A DNA stretch of 64,000 nt, from contig JBPOFY010000003.1 in the NCBI GenBank assembly GCA_051252375.1, positions 416,001-480,000 on the forward strand. Direction: 5' to 3'. This document shows positions 31,630 through 41,011 of the stretch, piece by piece. Below the pieces are notes generated by a model, which was not told the DNA's origin, searched no databases, and saw nothing but the letters and a program-made list of their open reading frames with translations. This DNA is from Opitutaceae bacterium (GTDB lineage: Bacteria; Verrucomicrobiota; Verrucomicrobiia; Opitutales; Coraliomargaritaceae). The position numbers and the translations under genes were made by a program. Each line of letters opens with the position of its first letter. The stretch's first letter is position 1.

Positions 31630-32454
31630 ATGATCCCATCCATCAAATCCTCGAAATCTAAACTATTCTGGTGCGCATTGCTACTTGCCGGTGTTGCCAC
31701 TGTTGCTTATGCGCAAGATGCTGGAGCGGCAGCAGAAGTCGTCGAAAGTTCTGAAAAGAGCTTCCTGCAAATGATCGGCGCCGGCGGTTGGGCGATGTAT
31801 CCACTCGGCTTCTTGTCTATGTCTGCTTTCGCTTTGACAGTGTATAACTTCATGGCGTTGCGCCCGAAGGACTTTTTCAATGAAGAAGTCGCTGCGCAAT
31901 TGGGTGAGAAACTCGACAATGTTGATATCGACGGTGCCAAAGCGCTTTGTGATGAAAACCTATCTCCTTTGACGCGTATTGTTAAGCATGGTCTTGATTC
32001 TGTTCGTGGTGGTAATGTTGACACGGACCTTTTCCGTCAGCGTCTTGAAGCCGGCTCAGGTAAGGAGCTCGCTCAACCTTACGTCATCATTAACTACCTA
32101 TCGATCATTGCCTCGATCGCACCTATGTTGGGGTTGTTGGGAACGGTTTCTGGTATGGTCAAGGCGTTCAACTCGATCGCGACTGTGGGTATGGGGCAGC
32201 CTGACCTTCTTGCGGGTAATATTTCGGAAGCACTGATCACCACTGCCTCCGGTATGTTGGTTGGTATTCCGACGATGTTCTTCTTCTTCTATTTTAAGAA
32301 TCAATACGGCAAGCTAGTAGCCGACATGACCATGTATTTGGATGACATGTATGGCGACCTTGTTCACGGAATGCGCACCAAGGGCGGTTCAGGTGGAGCA
32401 GCACCAAGTCCAGCTAGATCGATGCCTACGCCTCCGCCAAATCCACGCGGCTAA
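31630..32454 (+). CDS. exbB: MotA/TolQ/ExbB proton-channel family protein
   Basis: [41 protein letters not shown]; signal-like N-terminus (AYA-QD). Confidence 0.9.
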   Translation: MIPSIKSSKSKLFWCALLLAGVATVAYAQDAGAAAEVVESSEKSFLQMIGAGGWAMYPLGFLSMSAFALTVYNFMALRPKDFFNEEVAAQLGEKLDNVDIDGAKALCDENLSPLTRIVKHGLDSVRGGNVDTDLFRQRLEAGSGKELAQPYVIINYLSIIASIAPMLGLLGTVSGMVKAFNSIATVGMGQPDLLAGNISEALITTASGMLVGIPTMFFFFYFKNQYGKLVADMTMYLDDMYGDLVHGMRTKGGSGGAAPSPARSMPTPPPNPRG

Positions 32455-32482
32455 TTGGCTCTAAGCTTATTTAAGCAATAAT

Positions 32483-32899
32483 ATGAGTCTGAAAGGATAT
32501 AAAGTGCCCAATGAGGGAGAGGAGTTTGACCTCACGCCGATGATCGACGTGGTGTTCTTGCTCATCGTCTTCTTCATGACCGTGGCCAGTATGTTGACCG
32601 CAGATAAGATTGATATGAATCTTGCTGTGGCCGAAGAATCGGCAATTCCGAAAGAGATCAAGCAGCGTTACACTTTTTCAGTGTTGAACGATGGCACCTT
32701 CTATTCGGGAGCAAAGATAGTTTCTGAAGCAGAGTTGAACTCCGAGCTAGCACGTCTTGCTAGGATTAATAAAAAGATGAAGATTGTCGTCCGTGCTGAC
32801 CGTAAGACCGAGCATCAGCATGTTAACAAGTTGCTCGCAGTTTGTGCGGCCAACGGGATTAACGATATCATCTTTGCCACTTATCAAAGCGACCTATAG
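32483..32899 (+). CDS. exbD: ExbD/TolR family protein (subtype 1)
   Basis: [27 protein letters not shown]; ends IIFATYQSDL, like IIFTSYQSDK of 9840. Confidence 0.9.
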   Translation: MSLKGYKVPNEGEEFDLTPMIDVVFLLIVFFMTVASMLTADKIDMNLAVAEESAIPKEIKQRYTFSVLNDGTFYSGAKIVSEAELNSELARLARINKKMKIVVRADRKTEHQHVNKLLAVCAANGINDIIFATYQSDL

Positions 32900-32910
32900 C
32901 ATCCATTAAT

Positions 32911-33342
32911 ATGAAAGCATCTGATATATTTGAAAGTGCAGGGAAGCCGGATTTAACACCGATGATTGACGTGGTCTTCCTGATGCTAGTCTTCTTCATG
33001 GTGACAACTGAATTGATTAAGCAGGAAGCAGACTTGGGGATTCAGTTACCCTCGAACGCTCCTCCTGAAGCGGCTCCTGAATTACCTTCCAAGCACACTG
33101 TAGATATACTGCCGGACGGAACCGTTTTATTGAACGGCGGCAATACCGGTGATGATATCTATGGTGATTTGAGCGGACTGACCAACATGTTGGGTGGCTT
33201 GAAGGCATCTGCGGATCGTTTGCAAAAAAAGACTATCGTAACCATTCAGGCGGATCCATTTTCGCCTCATTACCGTTCGATCGATGTCTTAAATGCATGC
33301 TCTCGAGCGAATCTGAAGTTTGTTTCTTTCAGCCAGATGTAG
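32911..33342 (+). CDS. exbD: ExbD/TolR family protein (subtype 2)
   Basis: DLTPMIDVVFLMLVFFMVTT; HTVDILPDGTVLLNG, like [15 protein letters not shown] of 9396. Confidence 0.9.
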   Translation: MKASDIFESAGKPDLTPMIDVVFLMLVFFMVTTELIKQEADLGIQLPSNAPPEAAPELPSKHTVDILPDGTVLLNGGNTGDDIYGDLSGLTNMLGGLKASADRLQKKTIVTIQADPFSPHYRSIDVLNACSRANLKFVSFSQM

Positions 33343-33388
33343 CTCTAATTCGCAGTAGTATTTCTGCGGTTTTTCATTTTTTTCGACT

Positions 33389-34474
33389 ATGGCAGTTTCG
33401 CACAACGATAATCAGCTTGGTAAGCCTTTGCGTAGTAAGAAAAAACGCGGTGCCGTGTTTATCGTTATCGCAATCAGTGTTGGAGTGCACGTCCTTGGTT
33501 TGGGTGTTTTTGGCATCATCAAGATTGTTGAAACGATAGCGCCTAAGCCTGAGTTTGAAGCGCCTCCTGTGGAAATGGTGGATCAACCGCCACCACCTCC
33601 GCCTCCACCGCCTACTACGAAGCGCACGCAGAAGAGTTTACCGAGACCTCAGCCTTTGGTCGCGCAGAATCCACAAAATATGGATGTGCCGATGATTGAA
33701 ATGCAGGACTCAAATTTAGCGATTGGAGGTCGTGGCGTCGGCGGTGGTTTTGGTGAGCTTGGCGGCGGCATGTTGGACCGCGTGGACATCAGCTTCTTCG
33801 GTATTGAAGGGGGCAATAATGTAGTCGTCCTATTTGACCGAACTGGTTCTGGGCAGAATATTTTCAATAGGACTCGCGCTGAGCTGATGAAGACGATTGA
33901 TGCCATGAAGTCGAATGTTGGTGCCAGACTTGCGGTCCTTTATTTTGGCGGTAGAGAAGGGGGGCACCAAGGGATTAGCAAGAATGGAAGTGACCCGACG
34001 AAGCATGATTACTGGTGGCCGAAAGGTATTCGTAGTAACACTTGGTTGTATCCCGAACGTGGCGAGGCGGAGTCTCTCGTATCTGAACTTAAAAAAATTC
34101 CTGACCCGAGGGGGAAGGGCGCTGCAAAAGCCGCAAAGGATCCGCAAGACATCAAGCGTGGAAAAGCATATTTCGTATTAGGGACTAATTTCTGGGGGGC
34201 TCTTGAGTCGGCTTATCGCTTAGATCCGGCTCCGGACACAGTGTATATCATGGTCGAGCCAGGTGTGGCATTTACGACCAGCGCTATCGTAAGAAGCTCC
34301 TTTGCCAGCTGGAAAAAATATGGAGTGGATAAACCGAAACAAACAACCGTTTATTTCGTCGTTGGTAAGCCAAAGAAACAAGTTAAGGATAAGGCTGCAT
34401 TAAATCTAATGGTCAATTTGGTGCATGGTGGAAGTCTGTCCCAGAAAGAAATTGATAAGCTGATTATTTATTAA
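33389..34474 (+). CDS. TonB-like anchored protein, poly-Pro linker, degenerate vWA-like C-terminus
   Basis: TM ISVGVHVLGL (SxxxH); PKPEFEAPP; Pro9; Gly-rich stretch; FFGIEGGNNVVVLFDRTGS (degenerate MIDAS); PAPDTVYIM. Confidence 0.65.
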   Translation: MAVSHNDNQLGKPLRSKKKRGAVFIVIAISVGVHVLGLGVFGIIKIVETIAPKPEFEAPPVEMVDQPPPPPPPPPTTKRTQKSLPRPQPLVAQNPQNMDVPMIEMQDSNLAIGGRGVGGGFGELGGGMLDRVDISFFGIEGGNNVVVLFDRTGSGQNIFNRTRAELMKTIDAMKSNVGARLAVLYFGGREGGHQGISKNGSDPTKHDYWWPKGIRSNTWLYPERGEAESLVSELKKIPDPRGKGAAKAAKDPQDIKRGKAYFVLGTNFWGALESAYRLDPAPDTVYIMVEPGVAFTTSAIVRSSFASWKKYGVDKPKQTTVYFVVGKPKKQVKDKAALNLMVNLVHGGSLSQKEIDKLIIY

Positions 34475-34506
34475 TTCTCTGAAAAATTAACCAAGATTAT
34501 TAATTT

Positions 34507-35655
34507 ATGACTACTCCACATAATGCCAATCGTCTAGGTGATCCGTTACGCAGTAAGAAAAAGCGTGGCGCCGTGTTTATGGTTATCGCAATTAGCGTAA
34601 TCGTGCACGTTCTTGGTTTAGGGGTTTTCGGGATCATCAAAATCGTTGAGACAATAGCGCCGAAGCCAGAGTTCGAAGCGCCTCCGTTGGAAGTGATCGA
34701 TACGCCGCCACCGCCACCACCGCCACCACCGACGACAAAACGCATGCAGCGGAGTATGCCGCGTCCGCAGCCTTTAGTTGCGCAAAATCCACAGAACATG
34801 GATGTGCCAATGATTGAGATGAAAGATTCTGATTTAGCACTTTCAGGTGGGCGTGGATTCGGTGGAGGACTTGGAGAGCTAGGAGGTGGAGCAGTGGACG
34901 CGGTTCGCTTGACGAGCTTTGGCTTTGACCGTGCTCTTGAGGGCACACTCACCGGCACGTTGTTCGACTTCAAGAATGATGAGAATGGCAATCCGATCAA
35001 GCGTATGCCGGCGATGAAGCCGGGGACGAATATGGCGTTGATACCATATTTCGAACCATTCGTTCGAAAATATTCCACAAATATGGATGTAGATAAGCTC
35101 GTTAGATCTTATACCAAGGCAGATGCCAACCTATACGCTTCTTATTTTATTATTCCGTTTCAAAGTGCATCGATTGCCCCGCGTTCATTTGGTGCGGAAG
35201 GGAAGATTATGCCCACGATGATTGGAGTTCACTATGAAGGCTCTTATAAACCGCAAAAATCAGGGACCTTTCGCCTAGTTGGTCGGGGGGATGATGTGCT
35301 TCTTGTTCGGATCAATGGAAAGATGGTCCTCGATGGTTCGGTTGTGGGGAACTATTCATCATGGAATTATAGTTCGACCAATAAGAGAAATGATGAGGAG
35401 AATCTAAAGGTGTTTTTTGGATTTAAAGAAAATTTCTTTGGTGTCACAGGCGACTGGTTTAATCTTCGAGAAGGTGTGGATACTGAGGTAGAGATTTTTA
35501 TCTCTGAAGTTCCGGGCGGACATTTTGGCGCCTATATTTTGATCGAGGAAGAGAATGTGCCAGGATTACAAATTTTTTCGACACGTCCTTTGAGCGACCA
35601 AGATAAAGCGTTCTTGCGTAAGACTCACCGCGATACGGCAAAGTTTATGAAGTGA
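34507..35655 (+). CDS. TonB-like anchored protein, poly-Pro linker, PA14-like C-terminus
   Basis: N-terminal ~125 aa nearly identical to 33389. C-terminal HYEGSYKPQKSGTFRLVGRGDDVLLVRINGKMVLD resembles the PA14 DD motif. Confidence 0.65.
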   Translation: MTTPHNANRLGDPLRSKKKRGAVFMVIAISVIVHVLGLGVFGIIKIVETIAPKPEFEAPPLEVIDTPPPPPPPPPTTKRMQRSMPRPQPLVAQNPQNMDVPMIEMKDSDLALSGGRGFGGGLGELGGGAVDAVRLTSFGFDRALEGTLTGTLFDFKNDENGNPIKRMPAMKPGTNMALIPYFEPFVRKYSTNMDVDKLVRSYTKADANLYASYFIIPFQSASIAPRSFGAEGKIMPTMIGVHYEGSYKPQKSGTFRLVGRGDDVLLVRINGKMVLDGSVVGNYSSWNYSSTNKRNDEENLKVFFGFKENFFGVTGDWFNLREGVDTEVEIFISEVPGGHFGAYILIEEENVPGLQIFSTRPLSDQDKAFLRKTHRDTAKFMK

Positions 35656-35742
35656 TGTATTTAAAAACCGTCGCTTGCGAATTATCTAGTCAATCTCAGG
35701 CATGTTGCCTATGAATTAAGCTTTTATAACCCCACAATAATT

Positions 35743-36996
35743 ATGCAAAATAAGATACCACAAACTGCCGTTGCCGCGGCATTCTGCTTGATGGCTTTTT
35801 CCGGTTGCCAGCATGTGACCGAAGATGCGCCGAAAGGTGCTTTCGCTCAGGATCAAGTATTTCTAGAGCAACATACGGACGTTGTTTTATTGAAGAAAGG
35901 TGACGCCGCAGTGTCCGTCGTCCCAGCCTATCAAGGACGTGTGATGACCAGCACCTATGATAGCCATGATGGACCTAGTTTTGGTTGGATCAATCGCCCG
36001 GTTATTGAGCGTGGCTTTATGTCCGAGGAAGACGCGAAGGGTAAACTGGAGGAGCACATTTATATCTTTGGTGGTGAAGAGCGTTTCTGGCTCGGACCAG
36101 AAGGTGGTCAGTATGCTCTGTATTTTAAGCCCGGTGCTAAGTTCGAGTTCTCTGATTGGAAGACCCCGGCTCCGATCGATACTGAGGCATTCAAACTGGT
36201 TAAGAAGACTGCCGATACAGCAGTATTCTCTCATGAGTGTGAGCTCGTGAACTATAGCGGCACTGTCTTCAACATGGAGATCGAGCGAACAGTGCGTTTG
36301 CTCGACGATAATGCAGCTGCAGAGGTGATCGGTGGCAAGTTGGCAGAAGGTATTCGCATGGTCGCTTATGAAACAGATAATCGTGTAACGAATGTTGGAA
36401 ATGCCGCATGGGTCCCCGAGTCTGGTTTACCCTCAATCTGGATCCTTGGTATGTATAACCCTGCGCCGAAGACGACTGTAGTCATTCCTTTCAAGGCGGG
36501 CTCGACAAAGAAGCTCGGACCTAAGGTTAAAGACGACTATTTCGGCAAAGTGCCTAAAGATTACTTGAGCGTCAAAAAGGATGTTCTGTTCTTCAAGGGC
36601 GACGGCACTCGTCGCGGCAAGATAGGTATCAGCCCATTACGCACGAAGGGTGTGGCTGGAAGCTACGATGCAGACGGTCAAGTCCTCACGATTGTTACTT
36701 ATAATGAGCAAGCAGCACCTCACGGCTATGTGAACTCATCTTGGGAGATTCAAAAGGAGCCTTATAAAGGTGATGTGATCAATTCTTACAATGATGGATC
36801 ACCTGAAGAGGGCGTGGCACCTTTAGGACCATTCTACGAGTTGGAAACGTCTTCGCCAGCAGCGGCACTGAAGCCAGGTGAGACAATTCAGCACGTTCAA
36901 CGCACGATGCACTTCCAAGGTTCCGAGGAGCTGCTCGACCCAATTGCAAAGCGCGTATTGGGCGTTGGTATCGAAGCCATTAAGAATAGCTTCTAG
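35743..36996 (+). CDS. Conserved lipoprotein of unknown function (DUF6786-like)
   Basis: Lipobox FSG-C; QGRVMTS, FGGEERFWLGPEGGQ and GPFYELETSSPAA motifs recalled from the DUF6786 family (not verified by search). Confidence 0.6.
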   Translation: MQNKIPQTAVAAAFCLMAFSGCQHVTEDAPKGAFAQDQVFLEQHTDVVLLKKGDAAVSVVPAYQGRVMTSTYDSHDGPSFGWINRPVIERGFMSEEDAKGKLEEHIYIFGGEERFWLGPEGGQYALYFKPGAKFEFSDWKTPAPIDTEAFKLVKKTADTAVFSHECELVNYSGTVFNMEIERTVRLLDDNAAAEVIGGKLAEGIRMVAYETDNRVTNVGNAAWVPESGLPSIWILGMYNPAPKTTVVIPFKAGSTKKLGPKVKDDYFGKVPKDYLSVKKDVLFFKGDGTRRGKIGISPLRTKGVAGSYDADGQVLTIVTYNEQAAPHGYVNSSWEIQKEPYKGDVINSYNDGSPEEGVAPLGPFYELETSSPAAALKPGETIQHVQRTMHFQGSEELLDPIAKRVLGVGIEAIKNSF

Positions 36997-37011
36997 TTCT
37001 TCCTTTTCTTG

Positions 37012-37054
37012 AGCCTCCTCTGATTTAAGCAATTTTTTCGGAGGAGGCTTTTTT
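37012..37054 (+). terminator. Rho-independent terminator
   Basis: AGCCTCCTC...GAGGAGGCT stem followed by a T run, downstream of the 27391-36996 gene run. Confidence 0.75.
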
Positions 37055-37126
37055 GTATCCGATATGTAGTGTAAAGATCCTTCCAGGAAATTGGTTTAAT
37101 ATAATATTGTTCATCGTCTCTTATTT

Positions 37127-38590
37127 ATGAAAAAGCAGATTCTTTCTTTCTTGGCGTTATTTCTAGTTGCCGGCTTATCGTGGGGTGCTGACAAGGCATC
37201 TACTAAGCCGAATGTCGTCTTTATCTTCTCAGATGACCAATCCTTTGAGACTATTGGAGCGCATGGTTTGACGGATATTGATACGCCCAACTTAGATCGT
37301 CTGGTCAATGGGGGTGCTAGCTTCAGCAAAGCTTATAACATGGGTGCGTGGGGTGGTGCGGTTTGCGTGGCTAGTCGAGCATGTTTGAATTCAGGTGCTT
37401 TTCTTTGGCGTGCACAGGATGCGACAAAGGCAATCGGAGAGGGCAAGCGTAAGTCTTGGTCCCAATTGATGTCCGATAAGGGATACGAGACCTACATGAC
37501 GGGTAAATGGCATGTTGGTGGCCTCAGTGCGCCGAAACTTTTTGATCATTCAGGAACAATTAGAGCAGGCATGCCTAAGCAGCACCCGAAAGGCTATAAT
37601 CGACCCAAGAACGAGGCCGACTATGCGACTGGTTGGAAGCCATGGGAGACCAAGTGGGGTGGTTTCTGGGAAGGTGGTAAGCACTGGAGTGAAGTGACTG
37701 CCGACGAGAGTATTGGTTTTATTGAAAACGCGGCAAAGTCTGACAAACCGTTTTTCATGTATTTGGCTTTTAATGCACCGCACGATCCTCGTCAGGCGCC
37801 AAAAGAGTATATCGATATGTATCCCTTGGATCGTATTAAAATTCCAGAGAACTATATCCCGAAGTATCCTGAGCAAGGTAAGGGAGGGGTGCCAATTATT
37901 CGTGACGAAAATCTCATGCCGTATCCACGCAGTGAGTTTGCCGTTAAGATCAATCGCCAAGAGTATTATGCAGCCGTGACGCACATGGACGCTCAGATTG
38001 GTCGTATCCTTGAGGCGCTCGGAGAGACTGGGAAGATGGACAATACGTGGATCATCTTTTCCGGTGACCATGGACTGGCTGTTGGCCACCACGGGCTCGT
38101 CGGTAAACAAAATATGTATGAGGATTCGCTGTGTGCTCCCTTTATTATTTGGGGACCTGGTGTGCAAGCGGGTGCGAAGTTCGATGTGCCAATCTACATT
38201 CAAGATGCGATGGCCACCGCCCTCGATATCGCAGGTGCGAACAAGCCTGAATATATCGAATACAAGAGTGTGCTGCCTATTCTATCAGGTGAAGCTGATC
38301 AAAGCTACGAATCGATGTATGGTGCCTACATGAACACACAACGAATGATCCTGCGTGATGGTTGGAAGGTGATCGCTTATCCACAGCTTAAGAAGGTGAA
38401 ACTCTTCAACCTTGAGAAAGACCCGCTTGAGATGAACGACCTTGCCTCAAATCCAGAGTATGCGGGCAAGTTGAAGCAACTCACTGAACTTCTCGAGCAA
38501 CAGATGGATGTGATGGGCGATCCCATGACTTCGTTGGCTAAGGCTGATTTCAATGCGAAGCAGTCGAAGGCAAAAAAAGGCGAACATTAG
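37127..38590 (+). CDS. Sulfatase (S1 family, CxAxR variant), secreted
   Basis: PNVVFIFSDDQ, GAVCVASRACLNSG, TGKWH, APHDP, FSGDHG, GKQNMYE. Confidence 0.9.
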   Translation: MKKQILSFLALFLVAGLSWGADKASTKPNVVFIFSDDQSFETIGAHGLTDIDTPNLDRLVNGGASFSKAYNMGAWGGAVCVASRACLNSGAFLWRAQDATKAIGEGKRKSWSQLMSDKGYETYMTGKWHVGGLSAPKLFDHSGTIRAGMPKQHPKGYNRPKNEADYATGWKPWETKWGGFWEGGKHWSEVTADESIGFIENAAKSDKPFFMYLAFNAPHDPRQAPKEYIDMYPLDRIKIPENYIPKYPEQGKGGVPIIRDENLMPYPRSEFAVKINRQEYYAAVTHMDAQIGRILEALGETGKMDNTWIIFSGDHGLAVGHHGLVGKQNMYEDSLCAPFIIWGPGVQAGAKFDVPIYIQDAMATALDIAGANKPEYIEYKSVLPILSGEADQSYESMYGAYMNTQRMILRDGWKVIAYPQLKKVKLFNLEKDPLEMNDLASNPEYAGKLKQLTELLEQQMDVMGDPMTSLAKADFNAKQSKAKKGEH

Positions 38591-39402
38591 AGGCTGCTTA
38601 TAGCGCCGTCTTTTTCGAAGTAGATCGCATCGACGCTGCCAGTTATTTGAGCGCTTTCTCCTTCATTCATTAGCAGCACTGCCGTGGAGAAAGCGTCAGC
38701 CATGGTTGCGCTTGAGTGAGTGAGCCACAAGCGAGGGAATTGATAATTTGTGTGTGAGTCGCGCGGCGAAATGATATGGCTGCCTTGAATCGAAGTCCCG
38801 GACGCGCTGAGCGCTTGATTTTGTAGCGACAGCTTCAGTGTGTCTTTGTCGCCTCTAAGCTCGATCTCCCAAGCTTCCTCACCGAACGCTAGCTGTGTGC
38901 TCGCACCTGCGGAGAGTAACGCGGACTTAATCCCCATGTCTTCGATCACGCTGCGCATTTTATCTAAGGCAAATCCTTTGCCGATACCGCCGAGATCGAT
39001 CTCACGACCGGGCTCTGTGCAGTGAATCGCTGGACGATCGGGGTCGACCATGAGCTGACCGCAGAGTAATGGTGCGACACCGTCGTGTTCGTTCTTCCGA
39101 TGTTCAATCTGTGTGCCCAGAGTGATGTCGAAGAGCCCGTCGGTTTGCACGTAAGCATGCAGTGCGTATTGCAAACATTCGTAACAGAGGTCGCTTAAGA
39201 TCAGAGTCTCACCTGCTTGCATGTGGTTGATTTGCCAGACTTCGCTGCCTTCGATGTAGCGACTAAGCGAGTGCTCGATTTCATCAATCAGAGTGATCGC
39301 TGCCTGCGCCACACTATTGCAGAGAGACTTGTCAGGTCCTCTCAGGCGTAGCGTGAAAGTCGTCTTCATCGCATCGTGTATGTATGTGTGGAGCTGCTCC
39401 AT
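38587..39402 (-). CDS. apbE: FAD:protein FMN transferase (ApbE family), no signal peptide
   Basis: AMKTTF, LSRYIEGSEVWQIN, TDGLFDIT, IDLGGIGKGFALD, HIISPR, ADAFSTA. Confidence 0.88.
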   Translation of the reverse strand: MEQLHTYIHDAMKTTFTLRLRGPDKSLCNSVAQAAITLIDEIEHSLSRYIEGSEVWQINHMQAGETLILSDLCYECLQYALHAYVQTDGLFDITLGTQIEHRKNEHDGVAPLLCGQLMVDPDRPAIHCTEPGREIDLGGIGKGFALDKMRSVIEDMGIKSALLSAGASTQLAFGEEAWEIELRGDKDTLKLSLQNQALSASGTSIQGSHIISPRDSHTNYQFPRLWLTHSSATMADAFSTAVLLMNEGESAQITGSVDAIYFEKDGAISSL

Positions 39403-40871
39403 TAATCTTCAGTGTCCATCCATTGCTGCCAGAGCTCGTTGTCCAAATAAACATGAATCGGGAAGTTTTCTCGCAAGCTTCTTGGCACCTGTGTGTGGCT
39501 GCCTTTTAGGAGGGCTGCCATGGCTGGCTGTTGTTCTGGAGTGACCAGTAGAATGTCGCGCTCTTTCAGTTCAGGCGTTACAGTTGGCCAGTAGCCGATG
39601 TTCTCAAACGAACGGAGATACCAAGGGAGTGGCCAATAGCCAGTGCCCACGACCGCGAGCGGGGCATCCCTTTCTATTGGAAGCTTTTTCAACCAGATCG
39701 AGAGCGACTCCACATCTTGGCTCGTCGGCACATAGGCGTAGGGATTTCTGACGTCATTCTCGAAACGCCCGCTGGCTTGTGAGCTTTGGTAGACCTGAAA
39801 GCCTAGGCAGGCTACGAGCAACACATAGATCGGCGCGGGCACCTGCTTGTTCTCTTTTGATGCAAATGCAAAACCAGTGAGCAGACAGGCATGTGCCCAA
39901 GGTGCCAACATAAGCCAAGGGGTCTTATACCCGATCATGCTATAGATTAGTAAGTGTGTGACTGTTGCCGCGGCTAAGAAAATGACCGTCGAAGAATGGC
40001 GATTTCTCAATGCAGCGATGATTGCGAAGAGTGCGATGCTGGCTTCTGTCCACCAGATACCAAGCGCGTGTTTTGGCCAGAGCATTTGATGGAGATAAAA
40101 GAAGAACGGCTTCTCGTGCCCCTCAGTCGTTTCATAAACAAAGTAGGTGCGAACTGCATCGACGATACCTTGGGATGAGCGAAAGCCATCACTGTAAAAG
40201 AGTGCTGCGATGAATGCCGCAGCCGCAGCCACAATGAATGCGGGAAATAAGTATAGGCGCACTGGCGGCAATTTTCTGTGCCACAGGCAAACCACTAGCA
40301 AGCCTGCCCCCCAACTGAGGATGGTGATAACAAAAGTTTCTTTGGTGGCATACATCAACCCAATGCAGGCACCAGCCAGCAGTGCGATTTTAATATTGGG
40401 TCGCTGGCTCAGTCGATAGAGCGCGGCGAGTGCCAGCATCGTGAAGAGCGCAAACCAGCTTTCGTGAATGTAAACGCGGCTATAGTAAACGAGTAGGGGG
40501 GAGCTCGCTAAAAAAGCGCCAGTAGCGAGTGCACCGACATGACCGAGGCGAACCTGCCAGAGCAGTGGGGTGAGAATGATCAGCGTTCCGGCAAACACAG
40601 TGCCGAGCCGTAGGGTGAGTTTGCTGAGATCGGGCCAGCTCGATTCATTCCTAAGTTTAGCTAGGGGCACGGTGCTGAGGCTTAAAGTAGGACCATGGAA
40701 GTGGCTGGGATTAAAGCTGTAATCAGCACCTTCCAGACGCTCCGCCAAAATACGCGCGCCGGTTGCCTCGTCAGCATGCATCGGGCGATCCTCTAGGTTA
40801 TGAAGCCGTAGAAACAGACCGACCCCACAAATTGTGAGCCATGCGGCAACTATTATGATACGTCGAGGCAT
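39402..40871 (-). CDS. Multi-pass membrane GT-C/PMT-like glycosyltransferase (TIGR03663/Agl23-like)
   Basis: LRL..LEDRPMHADE, FHGP, SPLLVYYSR..IHE, ATKE, YKTPW, YWPLPWYLR; many TM helices. Its stop overlaps the apbE start (TAATG). Confidence 0.75.
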   Translation of the reverse strand: MPRRIIIVAAWLTICGVGLFLRLHNLEDRPMHADEATGARILAERLEGADYSFNPSHFHGPTLSLSTVPLAKLRNESSWPDLSKLTLRLGTVFAGTLIILTPLLWQVRLGHVGALATGAFLASSPLLVYYSRVYIHESWFALFTMLALAALYRLSQRPNIKIALLAGACIGLMYATKETFVITILSWGAGLLVVCLWHRKLPPVRLYLFPAFIVAAAAAFIAALFYSDGFRSSQGIVDAVRTYFVYETTEGHEKPFFFYLHQMLWPKHALGIWWTEASIALFAIIAALRNRHSSTVIFLAAATVTHLLIYSMIGYKTPWLMLAPWAHACLLTGFAFASKENKQVPAPIYVLLVACLGFQVYQSSQASGRFENDVRNPYAYVPTSQDVESLSIWLKKLPIERDAPLAVVGTGYWPLPWYLRSFENIGYWPTVTPELKERDILLVTPEQQPAMAALLKGSHTQVPRSLRENFPIHVYLDNELWQQWMDTED

Positions 40872-41011
40872 TGTTGTCTTTCATAACAGTGATAGTTGCC
40901 GTAGCTGCAACTATGATTCTTCGAGACTATGTGCAAAATTCATAGGTAATTTATTTAAAGCAGGGGTAATGCGTCTTTTATATATTCTCGATTTCTGATA
41001 GCACTCATTGA

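Noticed and set aside
34500..35078. 192-aa minus-strand ORF with a poly-Gly run
   Set aside because: It is the antisense shadow of the poly-Pro linker in 34507-35655 and has no independent coding evidence.
37550..38203. 217-aa minus-strand ORF
   Set aside because: Antisense to a well-supported sulfatase and has no recognisable motifs.
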